Below, in pieces: positions 50,537 to 59,259 of a stretch of 64,000 bases of DNA. Position numbers and translations under genes: made by a program. How positions within the stretch are numbered: the first letter of the stretch is position 1; the number at the start of each line of letters is the position of its first letter. Origin of the DNA: a virus; the IMG/VR virus record IMGVR_UViG_3300028840_001107. The stretch is one strand, 5' to 3'. The notes beneath the pieces are model-generated. The model ran no database searches. It was not told the DNA's origin and saw nothing but the letters and a program-made list of their open reading frames with translations.

Positions 50537-50941
50537 ATGGCTACGAAGAAAACGACGAAGGCAGTGGCGGCGAAGAAGACGGTTGCGAAGAAAGCTACGG
50601 CGAAGAAAGCTACGGCGAAGAAGACGGTCAAGAAGACGACGACGAAGAAAGCTACCGCTAAGAAAGAGGTCGGAGAGCTTACCGGTACTCAGCTGAGGAT
50701 TCTGGCTTACCTCAAGAAGGTTCGTAAGTCCGTTACCCGCCCGCAGGTCTGCGAAGCTATCGACCTTCGAACGGAAGTTTTCGGTAACCAAACCGGTTAC
50801 GTCAACGACGAAATCAATCAACGAAAGGTTCACGCTCATAACCTCATCAACCGCAAGCTCGTTCGGAAGTCCGAAGCAGAAGTAGACGGCAAAAAAGTCG
50901 TCGTCTATACGATAACTCCCGCAGGAAAGAAGAAAGTCTAA
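50537..50941 (+). CDS. Histone H1-like Lys/Ala/Thr-repeat protein fused to a winged-helix domain
   Basis: MATKKTTKAVAAKKTVAKKATAKKATAKKTVKKTTTKKATAKKE, then LTGTQLRILAYLKKVRKSVTRPQVCEAI... AAGGAG lies 8 nt upstream, and the gene has its own terminator. It is the only plus-strand gene between 9.4 and 64 kb. Confidence 0.7.
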   Translation: MATKKTTKAVAAKKTVAKKATAKKATAKKTVKKTTTKKATAKKEVGELTGTQLRILAYLKKVRKSVTRPQVCEAIDLRTEVFGNQTGYVNDEINQRKVHAHNLINRKLVRKSEAEVDGKKVVVYTITPAGKKKV

Positions 50942-50961
50942 CGGCCACCGCCGTTCGCCTC

Positions 50962-50988
50962 AGCCCGTCCTAATCGACGGGCTTTTTT
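50962..50988 (+). terminator. Rho-independent terminator of the H1-like gene
   Basis: AGCCCGTC/GACGGGCT 8 bp stem (50962-50969 / 50976-50983) followed by TTTTTT. Confidence 0.8.
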
Positions 50989-50992
50989 CGTC

Positions 50993-51967
50993 TCAAGAAT
51001 AACAGTCTATCCCGAGAGGATTAGGTGACTGATACTTTGGGTTCAGCCACTCGTACCGTTCGCTTACGTCATCGAACTCTCCGTCAAGAATCGTCGCTAC
51101 GTTCGCCTCTACCTCCGGACGTTTCGTTTTTGAAATCGACGTAGCTTTCCAACGCTTCTCCATCCAGTGCTCGTAGATTCTATCGAGCTTAGGAAAGTCA
51201 ACGTCAGCGTAGTAAGCGTTGAAGAGTTTCGTTGCCGAGTGTCCTTCTAGTGCGGCTTCAAGATAGTCGCGACACCAGGAGATTGAGTTGTAGAGTTCGG
51301 TCTCGTCAACGACTCCCGGAAAGTGTCGAAACTCAATCGTATCGGTTTGGAGAAGCTGACGAAGGTTAACTGCCGCTCTAGCTTGAGCGTGCCACAAAAC
51401 TTTACCCTCTCTACTTCGCGGCACTTCTGCTTCTAAGAACTCTTGAACCGTCGATGCCGCCAGCTGCTTCTCCACTCGGTTGAGAGGTATCCTAGAAAAG
51501 TGACTCATACGCATCCAGTGGTAACGCTTACGTGCCGCCTTGAGTTCTTCCTTCTCCGGATACTGTTCTCCGGTTGGGTACGGTAGCGGATCAACTAAGT
51601 CAAAGACCTCATAGTTTTCCGACACGTACTTTTGAATCCGCTTAAGTAGCTTAAGATCCTTCGACAGTCCAGGTATCCGGATATGAACTTGCATCCCGGT
51701 ACGATAGTTCACCGTGGCTCTAGGATACCGACGAAGAAACCTAGTCATCAAGTCGACTTGTTCGTCAACCGTATCCGTAGGTGGTGTATTGATTTCTCCT
51801 CCGAATGGATACGAGATGAGTCTAGGATCTGCCGCGATGCCGTTGCTATTACAGATGTTCGGTTCTGGATCGCGTTCGTATCCTTCCCAACCGTTTCTAG
51901 TATCCCAATCGGCATACTCTAGTTCCACGCCGTAGGTCCAATACTTAACGTTAGATTTAGTTTTCAT
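50993..51967 (-). CDS. Glutamine-synthetase-like amidoligase (Amidoligase_2 family)
   Basis: YGVELEY near the N-terminus, FGGEINTPP, then NYRTGMQVHIRIPG. This follows the family pattern fGvEiE ... E.vSP ... cG.HVHv. Confidence 0.6.
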   Translation of the reverse strand: MKTKSNVKYWTYGVELEYADWDTRNGWEGYERDPEPNICNSNGIAADPRLISYPFGGEINTPPTDTVDEQVDLMTRFLRRYPRATVNYRTGMQVHIRIPGLSKDLKLLKRIQKYVSENYEVFDLVDPLPYPTGEQYPEKEELKAARKRYHWMRMSHFSRIPLNRVEKQLAASTVQEFLEAEVPRSREGKVLWHAQARAAVNLRQLLQTDTIEFRHFPGVVDETELYNSISWCRDYLEAALEGHSATKLFNAYYADVDFPKLDRIYEHWMEKRWKATSISKTKRPEVEANVATILDGEFDDVSERYEWLNPKYQSPNPLGIDCYS

Positions 51968-51969
51968 TA

Positions 51970-52761
51970 CTAACTCCTTGCCGGTTTTGCTCTACCTACC
52001 TGCCGCCAGTTGGGCACGTCTACTTCTTCTCTCTTATGCTTAGGACCAACCATAACCTTACGATAGCCGTTGAGTTTTACTGATCCTGCGAAGCGTTCTA
52101 AGATAATCTCTTCATCTATCTTAGCGTCTACTAAACTCCCTTCTCTAGGTCGTACAGGGTTCTGTACCGCTCTAGTCTTATCGAAACCGATATAGTGTAT
52201 CCGCCCTACCGCACCGTCTGCCTCTCGGTGAGCGCAGACTCTATAAACGTCTTCGGTGTAGATGATTCTAGGATCTAAGTAGAACTCTGGAGGGTGAACT
52301 ACCCTAAACATCTGAAGACCCCCGGAGATATGACCGGCCGATCTACCGTAACCGGGTTTCAACCAAGTTCGATTAGATGTAGAATTCGGACCTACTAGCG
52401 TTACGTCGTGCTCCTCCATACACCGTCGTGAAATACTTATAAGCGTATCGACGTCAGTGTAGAAAGGCTTACGCATCGTTATCGTTTTACTATCCAAGTC
52501 ATCATCCATACGGAACGCATAGCGAAACTTACTACGCTTAACGAGACGATAGCAGTGAATTATTTGAGCGGTGAGCCCGCTACGACCTTTCTTCACCTCT
52601 ACGTTTTTGAAATTCTGTTCCTTCACCCAACGTCGATGATCGGCGTAGACTTCTGGATCAGAGATTACCCATACCTTACAGGATGGTCGGTGGTTAACTA
52701 AAGTCTTGATTGGGGCTGGTCGTTTAGCCGGAATAACGACGACTACGTTGCGAAAATACAT
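51970..52761 (-). CDS. GT-A-like glycosyltransferase candidate (TET/JBP-associated glycosyltransferase-like)
   Basis: N-terminal beta-strand VVVVIPAKRP and acidic FRMDDDLD motif ~85 aa later (DxD-like). Weak, pattern-level only. Confidence 0.4.
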   Translation of the reverse strand: MYFRNVVVVIPAKRPAPIKTLVNHRPSCKVWVISDPEVYADHRRWVKEQNFKNVEVKKGRSGLTAQIIHCYRLVKRSKFRYAFRMDDDLDSKTITMRKPFYTDVDTLISISRRCMEEHDVTLVGPNSTSNRTWLKPGYGRSAGHISGGLQMFRVVHPPEFYLDPRIIYTEDVYRVCAHREADGAVGRIHYIGFDKTRAVQNPVRPREGSLVDAKIDEEIILERFAGSVKLNGYRKVMVGPKHKREEVDVPNWRQVGRAKPARS

Positions 52762-53588
52762 TAGCCTATATTCCAGAAAAGTGTTAGGTACTTCTTAAAA
52801 TTGTTATGCTCTCTCATCCACCAACGAAACGCTTTGAGATCGTAGTATGGGTTACAAGGCCATGGGGGACTTGGTCCGGATACCGCTTTGTCTTTGTAAG
52901 CGTAACCTTCGTCGATAATCGTTAGTGGATACTTCGCCGGTAGATTAGTCTTTTGGCGAATGTATCGATCCACTTGGTCGTGGGAACGAGTATAACCTAA
53001 ATGGATTATAAACATCGGAGGTGTTCGACCCAGTTTTAGAAAGCCTTTAATCACTCCGGCAGCTAACGTAGCACTACTAGCTGGAATGATAACCCGACGA
53101 ACTTTGGCTAAGTCTCTAGTCACCTCTTTCGCGGTTTCGATTACCGACTCTTCAAGCTTCAGAGCGTTAGGCATCATGTAGCCACCTTCTCCTTCGCAGA
53201 TCTTTCGAGCTTGGTGAAAGAGAATAGCCGAACGCCCAGCTGGTAAACCCACTAGCTCCGCTCCTAACGCTTTCGCTTGAAGCTGGGGAGGTCTTGGTCC
53301 CGGTTCGTACTTATACTCAGGGTAGAAGTTTATACACCTTCTTCCCAGGATCTTACAGGCACGAGCTACCGCATGACCTGCTTGAGAGTGATACGTATCG
53401 AGAACTCCTACAGGGATGAGAGCATCGAGTTTCTTGACGTGGGCGTAAACTCCTCTGGTTTTCGAGAAGTACGGACCTGGGGGCGTACAACTCTTGTCTT
53501 CGCGTTTTACTAGAAGTTGGTACTTGCTACGATGGTCTTCGACAGGCGTACCGCGTACTAGCATGCCTTGAGCGATAATCTTAGCCAC
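52761..53588 (-). CDS. Fold-type II PLP-dependent enzyme (ACC deaminase / Trp-synthase beta-like)
   Basis: TPVEDHRSKYQLLVKREDKS...FSKTRG (candidate Schiff-base Lys), HSQAGHAVARACKILGRRC, IIPASSATLAAGVIKG. These parallel TP....l.vKReDl...gNK.RK, SNh.ra.A.aa..lGl.c and G.GgT.aG. Confidence 0.65.
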   Translation of the reverse strand: MAKIIAQGMLVRGTPVEDHRSKYQLLVKREDKSCTPPGPYFSKTRGVYAHVKKLDALIPVGVLDTYHSQAGHAVARACKILGRRCINFYPEYKYEPGPRPPQLQAKALGAELVGLPAGRSAILFHQARKICEGEGGYMMPNALKLEESVIETAKEVTRDLAKVRRVIIPASSATLAAGVIKGFLKLGRTPPMFIIHLGYTRSHDQVDRYIRQKTNLPAKYPLTIIDEGYAYKDKAVSGPSPPWPCNPYYDLKAFRWWMREHNNFKKYLTLFWNIG

Positions 53589-54369
53589 TTGGTAATCTCC
53601 TTCGGATAGCTTTGAGGATTCCCACCAGTTTCTTATTAGTAGAGCAAGGGAACTTAAGACAACCGTGGATTAGTTCTCTCGTATCTTTTCCAATCGGGTA
53701 GTGCCCCCCTAGATGAGATTTCCACTTACAGAAAATAGTCTCTGTTTCCTGAACGTTGATAGTACGCTCGTGAATAGGTGGGGCGGTTAGATACCCTAAG
53801 TTTTCAATGAGGTATTCGTGAGCGGAAAGAAGCGAATCGGCGGAGTCGATACCGCACGCTTCACAAGTTACCTCAGCTCCTTGCTTAGACGTCTTAAACA
53901 TCTGTCGCAAGTCTTCGGTACGAAACTCAACCCTACCTACCTCCAATCGATCTAGCATGTCGGGCACTTTCCACTTTATCCATTCTCCGAAGCCGTGTAA
54001 CTCCGTTACCCGTTTCATGATCTTATCGGCCCTAGGTCCGACTTCTAGGAGCCACTCTACTATCTCCGTAGCGTCCGAGAATCGCTGCCTAAGAGACTCT
54101 ACGGAATCTTCGGCTAGTTTACCCCGAAAGTGTCTACGCTCCGTACCGCGTGGGTATAGCGTACCTCCTAGGGCTATTTTCCGTAACTCTCCGAAGAAGT
54201 CTCTGCTCTCAGCTACTCTCGAACATAAACCCGCGTGGTAATAGCACCAGTAGGCTACTAGCCACCGGTCTAATTTACGTTTCGGCATCTTCGCTCGATA
54301 GAGAGCAACGTACAGTGGATCCAAGTCTTCGGTCGTGACTAGGATCTTACCGAACTCTAGCACGTCCAT
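53581..54369 (-). CDS. Second candidate DNA base hypermodification protein (aGPT-pyrophosphorylase clade 2/3-like?)
   Basis: EDLDPLYVALYRA...DRWLVAYWCYYHAGL...PRGTERRHFRG. Recollection-level similarity, plus location inside the cluster. Confidence 0.35.
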   Translation of the reverse strand: MDVLEFGKILVTTEDLDPLYVALYRAKMPKRKLDRWLVAYWCYYHAGLCSRVAESRDFFGELRKIALGGTLYPRGTERRHFRGKLAEDSVESLRQRFSDATEIVEWLLEVGPRADKIMKRVTELHGFGEWIKWKVPDMLDRLEVGRVEFRTEDLRQMFKTSKQGAEVTCEACGIDSADSLLSAHEYLIENLGYLTAPPIHERTINVQETETIFCKWKSHLGGHYPIGKDTRELIHGCLKFPCSTNKKLVGILKAIRRRLPSG

Positions 54370-54370
54370 A

Positions 54371-55750
54371 CTAACCCCCCATCGGAATTTTAAGATGCTT
54401 AGGCTTGATCGCGATAGCCGTGCCGGCTAACTCATCTCCGCACGGCGGTTCACCGTTATCGTCTACGCAATAGAGGCAACCGCTTGGGGGACAAACCGAT
54501 AGAGGTTTGAACTTTTCTTCGGAACTACTCCGCGTATAGACAGGAACGCGATGGCCGTGGCACTGGTCCGAAGTCGTATACTCTCTACCGATACTAACTC
54601 CGGTCTTGTCGACGATTTTACCACTTTCGTTTCGCTCGTAACGATACTCATAGCAAACGGAGTACGTTAACCCGTAGTCAGAAGCCCAACGAATATACTT
54701 ATCGTGAGCCGCCATTCTATACGCTTCGTTTACTGTCCGTTGTCCGCCGATATTCTCCTGGAAGAGAGACTCGAATGCTCCGCCACGCTCTGGGCCGAAG
54801 CGTTTAGTAATACGATCTACCATCGCTGGGGCCCAAGAGTATCCAGCTTCAACGAACTTAACGATGACGTGATCTGCTCCGGCGTTCGCTAACTTGCGAA
54901 ATAGAGACTTAACGTGACCGTGCGTAGTCACTCCCGGTATGATCGGGTTGACTTGTATAGAAACGTAGATGTCGTTTTTCTTTAGCCGTCGTATATCTTT
55001 GAAGTGGTCGGCTAACGGTAGAGCACCTGGAGATAGCTTTCTCCAGTCGGAGCTACTACAAGTGTTAATCGATTTCTGCGCGTAGCTATGCTTATTCTTT
55101 CGAAGAAGACGTATAGCCCAAGAAGGGTAGCGCAGTCGACTCAAGAAGAAGATAGGCAACCCCACTTCTACGCAAGCTTCAGCTGCCTCCTCTGAGTTAT
55201 GGTAGAGTTCTTCTAGTGGAAGAAACGGATCAGTAAAACTACTGAAGTAAACTGCCGCTCCACGACGTACTGGACGCAGCTGCTTCCTAATCTGTTCGCC
55301 GTAGTTATTCGGAACGGTTATAAGGCCGGTACCACGGTATCCGCGAAATCCAGAGTTTACGTAGCAGAACGCGCAGCCTACCGCGCACCAACCGCCGTAG
55401 GGTTCAGTAAGAATAGCCTCAGTAAAACACGGTCTTGGTCTAACACCCTTTGGTTCGTGCTTATTCTTATACCAACCCTGAAGAGGTTTCGCTTTATCAA
55501 TCCTCATATGAGGGTACGGTTCTAAGTAGGCTAAGACGGTTTTGCGATTCTCCTCAGATGCGTTACGCGTCATGCCGATCTTGATCTCTCGTACCTTGAT
55601 CTTTCTTTTCAAGACCTTGTCGTAAACAGTCTTGATCGGACCTAAGTTATCCCTAGGTTCAGGACGCATAAAATATTCGTAGTTGGTGGCGGCAGCGTTG
55701 TCGTCTTCTCCAACCATCTTCGTCGTTATCCAAGATTGTTCCTGATCCAT
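54371..55750 (-). CDS. Radical SAM enzyme (SplB/COG1533-like)
   Basis: EPYGGWCAVGCAFCYVN carries the CX3CX2C motif at Cys122/126/129. Extra C-terminal Cys cluster (CHGH...CPPSGCLYC...PPC). Confidence 0.8.
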   Translation of the reverse strand: MDQEQSWITTKMVGEDDNAAATNYEYFMRPEPRDNLGPIKTVYDKVLKRKIKVREIKIGMTRNASEENRKTVLAYLEPYPHMRIDKAKPLQGWYKNKHEPKGVRPRPCFTEAILTEPYGGWCAVGCAFCYVNSGFRGYRGTGLITVPNNYGEQIRKQLRPVRRGAAVYFSSFTDPFLPLEELYHNSEEAAEACVEVGLPIFFLSRLRYPSWAIRLLRKNKHSYAQKSINTCSSSDWRKLSPGALPLADHFKDIRRLKKNDIYVSIQVNPIIPGVTTHGHVKSLFRKLANAGADHVIVKFVEAGYSWAPAMVDRITKRFGPERGGAFESLFQENIGGQRTVNEAYRMAAHDKYIRWASDYGLTYSVCYEYRYERNESGKIVDKTGVSIGREYTTSDQCHGHRVPVYTRSSSEEKFKPLSVCPPSGCLYCVDDNGEPPCGDELAGTAIAIKPKHLKIPMGG

Positions 55751-55762
55751 TTCTTTCTCCTA

Positions 55763-56314
55763 TCAGCGTGAAGCCTGATCTACCCACTTGAGAACTGTTC
55801 GATGAGCTTGAGTCGATGCTCTACGTACGCATTTTATGTTCGCGGCAGTTAGCTTAACTCTAGCCCGTTCAATAACTCCTACCCGATTGGTCGTATTGGC
55901 TGGGTTTAGTGGTTTAGTATTACCAGCGGCACTTCTCCTTTGTTTTATTCTATCTAAGCACTGGTCGAGTGGGGTTGTTAGGAATACAACCTGTAGAGAC
56001 TCTCCTAAGACATCCCCCATCTGTAACGCCCACTTCGTATCTTCGCTTAGGAGTAATCCTTCAGCGAGAATAACTTCAGCGTCTACCTCTTTCATCACGT
56101 CGAAGACTTGGCGAGCACTACCTATTGTATCGCAACCGCCGCACGCTAGTCCTTCGTAATGACCTAAGACCGCAATCTTTCCTTTCTTCGCTGTGTAAAA
56201 TAGTGGATTCTTTCTACCGTCGATAAAGTGCTTAGCCCACTTGTACTCCTCCATAACTTTACGCATGACGGTAGTCTTACCGCTACCGCTCGTGCCCCTA
56301 ATCTGAATAACCAT
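55763..56314 (-). CDS. P-loop kinase (candidate 5-hydroxymethyl-dU DNA kinase)
   Basis: MVIQIRGTSGSGKTTVMRKV Walker A. 183 aa. Flanked by radical SAM and pyrophosphorylase-like genes. Confidence 0.6.
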   Translation of the reverse strand: MVIQIRGTSGSGKTTVMRKVMEEYKWAKHFIDGRKNPLFYTAKKGKIAVLGHYEGLACGGCDTIGSARQVFDVMKEVDAEVILAEGLLLSEDTKWALQMGDVLGESLQVVFLTTPLDQCLDRIKQRRSAAGNTKPLNPANTTNRVGVIERARVKLTAANIKCVRRASTQAHRTVLKWVDQASR

Positions 56315-57185
56315 TGTATCTCCTCTTCATCTTACCATCGCCTAGCCTAGCTCGTTCGTACTTATCGAACTCGCAGAGGCTATGCTCTATCTCTCGCATC
56401 TCCAGCCTAGGCTTCGTATGAATCTTCTTACGAGCTAACGTGAGAAGTTTCTTCATACGCTTTAGCCAATCCTTAGGCCACGCCGGAGAACTAGAGTTGT
56501 TAGCTTTACCGGTTGGCTCCTCAGCGATACGGTATAGACCGCGTATAGCTCCGGGACCAGGGTTACACCACGTCAGAACGTCCGTAGCGTCTCTTAGTAG
56601 GTTCGTATACCGGAGGTCGCACACGACTTCGTAAGCCATGAATCCGCCTAGCCCGTCGTAAGCGGTTAACGCTTCGTGAGCTTCCTGGAGAGAAGATACC
56701 TCTACAATCTTCGCGGTTAAGTTCTTACGATCTACCCAGACGTTCTGAATACGCTCGCAGATAGCTTCCAGCTTAGGCTTACCCGCTGGAGAGTTTATCA
56801 TAAACGCTCCGGTGAATACTTTCTCTTTACGGTCTCGTATCTTTCCCAAGATACGGAGAGTCTTAGCCTTACTCCACTTTACGAGCAGCCCTTGGTCGAG
56901 CAGTATCTCTCCGGTTGGTATGTAGTTAAACCAACGGAAGATAATCGTAGCCATCACTTGATCGACGTCGGGATGGTAGGCGAACGGTTCACGGATATTC
57001 TCTCTGAACCATACCGTCGTCTTATCGTTTTCGCGGTACGGATTGGTAAAGAAATACTCACGCATAACCGGATCAGTTGTCCAGGGTTTTGGTTCTCCTC
57101 TCTCTTTACGTAGGTGGATCGCGTGGCGTTCCTTTATCCAGTATAGAAAACGTTCGGTTGGGTCTTCAGGGATCATACTACTCAC
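56298..57185 (-). CDS. Candidate alpha-glutamyl/putrescinyl thymine pyrophosphorylase-family (aGPT-Pplase) DNA base hypermodification protein
   Basis: RHAIHLRKERGEPKPWTTDPVMREYFFTNPYRENDKTTVW matches my recollection of the family signature (G.p.PWT.Dpil..yrFcNv.RE.Dr.T.w). Confidence 0.5.
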   Translation of the reverse strand: MSSMIPEDPTERFLYWIKERHAIHLRKERGEPKPWTTDPVMREYFFTNPYRENDKTTVWFRENIREPFAYHPDVDQVMATIIFRWFNYIPTGEILLDQGLLVKWSKAKTLRILGKIRDRKEKVFTGAFMINSPAGKPKLEAICERIQNVWVDRKNLTAKIVEVSSLQEAHEALTAYDGLGGFMAYEVVCDLRYTNLLRDATDVLTWCNPGPGAIRGLYRIAEEPTGKANNSSSPAWPKDWLKRMKKLLTLARKKIHTKPRLEMREIEHSLCEFDKYERARLGDGKMKRRYNGYSD

Positions 57186-59259
57186 TCCAGTTGTTCTTAT
57201 GGTATTCGATACTTACCGGCGTAGGTATGCCGATGTCGTTGCCTCCTTCTTCCATCAGCTTGGCTACCTTCTTGACGATTGATAGGTTGCGTTTATCCGG
57301 TCTATACGGAAAGTCAAATACAATCTCGTCGTGGACTTGCATAATCATTTTATACTCCTTCCGACGTCTACGACTGAGATCAGTAAGGTAGTTATAGCAA
57401 CGTATCATCGCTTTCATCATCCACCACATCGCCGTACCCTGAACGTGGTAGTTAAGAGGTACTGTAGGTTTGACCCTACCGTACTGTCTTTCGCATTCGA
57501 GCGGATACCCTCTAGAAGGATCTACGGTCTTATCGGGTATCGTCTCTACGTAACCATACTTCGTAGCGTGTTCTACCATCCTATCGTTGAGCTTTTTCAT
57601 CTTAGCAAAACGAGCTTGAACTAGCTCTTGCGCTCCGGCTTTATGATAAGCTCTATCCGCCGTACCGCTTTCTGGTACAGCTCCGTATTGTACTGCGAAG
57701 TTTCCATTCTTCGTCCATTGGTAGTTTGTACTTGCGTACTTCTTCTTTGCTTTTAGAAGGTATTCTGGATCGCTTGTATCTAGTTTAAGACGCTTAGTCC
57801 AAAGAATATCGAATACGAGTAGATGATTGCTACCGAAGTATGGAGGCTCATCGGGTTTCTCGAATAGGACTATCATCTCATCTTCTTCTGCTTCGTACGC
57901 TGGTATTCGTAGTTCGATGTTATTAGCGTCGAGAGACCACCACTCTCTACCTTTAGCCGGACCAAAACAGTAGCGTAGGTTGAAACCCTCTTGCTTACTG
58001 ATATTTTGTTCGTTGGGATTACTACTCGACCAACGTAACGTATTTGTACCGGTTGTATTCAACGACGGGTGAAGGACTCTCGCATCTCTCTTTTTAGGGA
58101 GAGAGAATTTGACGTAACTATTCATGTAGGTTATTGCCGTGTCTCGTCTACGCTTCTCTAGTAAGCTCTCCAAGAATCTAGGTATTCGTTGGTCTTCGGA
58201 TAAAACTTTAGCAGCTTCTAGACAAGCTAACAGATCCGCCCTACCCATGCGAAGTTTTCCAGTCGGTGTTCTTATGTTTTTCCTCTTTGCTACGTCTTTA
58301 CCTTTGGCCCCTGAGCCTACAAAACCGGAAGCATCTACTATCCCCATAAAGGGCTCAAGATACTTTTCTCCAAACTCTAATAGAGAGGTATTTGTACCGC
58401 TCTTTGGTAAGGTTACTTCACTGCCGATACTTTTAGATAGACTAACGCAATCGTCATTAAGGGCAGCTGATTGGTTTTGATACTCTCCTAGTAACTCGTT
58501 TAACCTAGACTCTGAATAGGTTACGCCAAAGTCTTCCATGTCGACAACGATAGGAAGGAGCTTAAGGCGTTCTCTATAGATAGCTAGTAGCTTACGTTCC
58601 TTCATCTTACGAAGATGCTTTTTGTAGAGACGAATCGTAGCGGCACTATCCATGTTCGCGTAGTTCTCTAGGACGGTAAACCACTCGTGGTCCGGAGGAT
58701 ACTCTGACGCTTCAGCTATTTGTCTAGGTAACCAGGCATCGTATTTCCAAACGCTGCCCTTAGCACTCGGCATTCCCTTCAGACCTGCCTCAGCGATCTT
58801 CCATTTGGGAAACTCCTTCTTCGCTATCCGCCTAGCCTTTTGACAGGCATCCTTTAGAGCTTCGTTATAGCCGTCTATATCGATACCTAGATAAACTAGC
58901 GACATCGTAGAGAGGTCGTGACGGTTAAGACTCGATAAGAGATGTCCGCTTAGTAGAGTATCCCGTACTTTCGACCAGTCCCAACGAAACTTTACGTGGT
59001 TAGCTTCGAATACGTTTCTCAAAGCGTGGTAGTCAAACTTAGCGTTTTGCAATACGACGATTTTCGCAGCGTCGATAAGTCTTTGAATCTCGATGAGGTC
59101 TTGTCTGGGGACGATAGGTTGACGCGTAGCCGGACAGACTCTCCAGTGCCAGTAGAGTTGGTTATCTTTATCGTCGCAAGTCGTAACGAAGTACGGCATA
59201 GCATCGTGGTAGAGGTCTAAACCAGTCGTCTCAGTATCTAACGCTAGAACCTTAGGCAT
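57178..59259 (-). CDS. Family A DNA polymerase with 3'-5' exonuclease domain
   Basis: Exo I LALDTETTGLD, Exo II LQNAKFDYHAL, Exo III YANMDSAATIRLY. Pol motif A SLDANNIELRIPAY, motif B TKNGNFAVQYGA, motif C IMQVHDEIVFD. Confidence 0.9.
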   Translation of the reverse strand: MPKVLALDTETTGLDLYHDAMPYFVTTCDDKDNQLYWHWRVCPATRQPIVPRQDLIEIQRLIDAAKIVVLQNAKFDYHALRNVFEANHVKFRWDWSKVRDTLLSGHLLSSLNRHDLSTMSLVYLGIDIDGYNEALKDACQKARRIAKKEFPKWKIAEAGLKGMPSAKGSVWKYDAWLPRQIAEASEYPPDHEWFTVLENYANMDSAATIRLYKKHLRKMKERKLLAIYRERLKLLPIVVDMEDFGVTYSESRLNELLGEYQNQSAALNDDCVSLSKSIGSEVTLPKSGTNTSLLEFGEKYLEPFMGIVDASGFVGSGAKGKDVAKRKNIRTPTGKLRMGRADLLACLEAAKVLSEDQRIPRFLESLLEKRRRDTAITYMNSYVKFSLPKKRDARVLHPSLNTTGTNTLRWSSSNPNEQNISKQEGFNLRYCFGPAKGREWWSLDANNIELRIPAYEAEEDEMIVLFEKPDEPPYFGSNHLLVFDILWTKRLKLDTSDPEYLLKAKKKYASTNYQWTKNGNFAVQYGAVPESGTADRAYHKAGAQELVQARFAKMKKLNDRMVEHATKYGYVETIPDKTVDPSRGYPLECERQYGRVKPTVPLNYHVQGTAMWWMMKAMIRCYNYLTDLSRRRRKEYKMIMQVHDEIVFDFPYRPDKRNLSIVKKVAKLMEEGGNDIGIPTPVSIEYHKNNWSE

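Noticed and set aside
50522-50839. Minus-strand ORF (LLRRSFLRRSFLRNRLLRR...) overlapping the H1-like gene, which would keep the operon strand uniform
   Set aside because: It is a low-complexity mirror image of the Lys/Ala repeat. The plus-strand ORF has an AAGGAG RBS, a folded-looking wHTH C-terminus and a perfect terminator.
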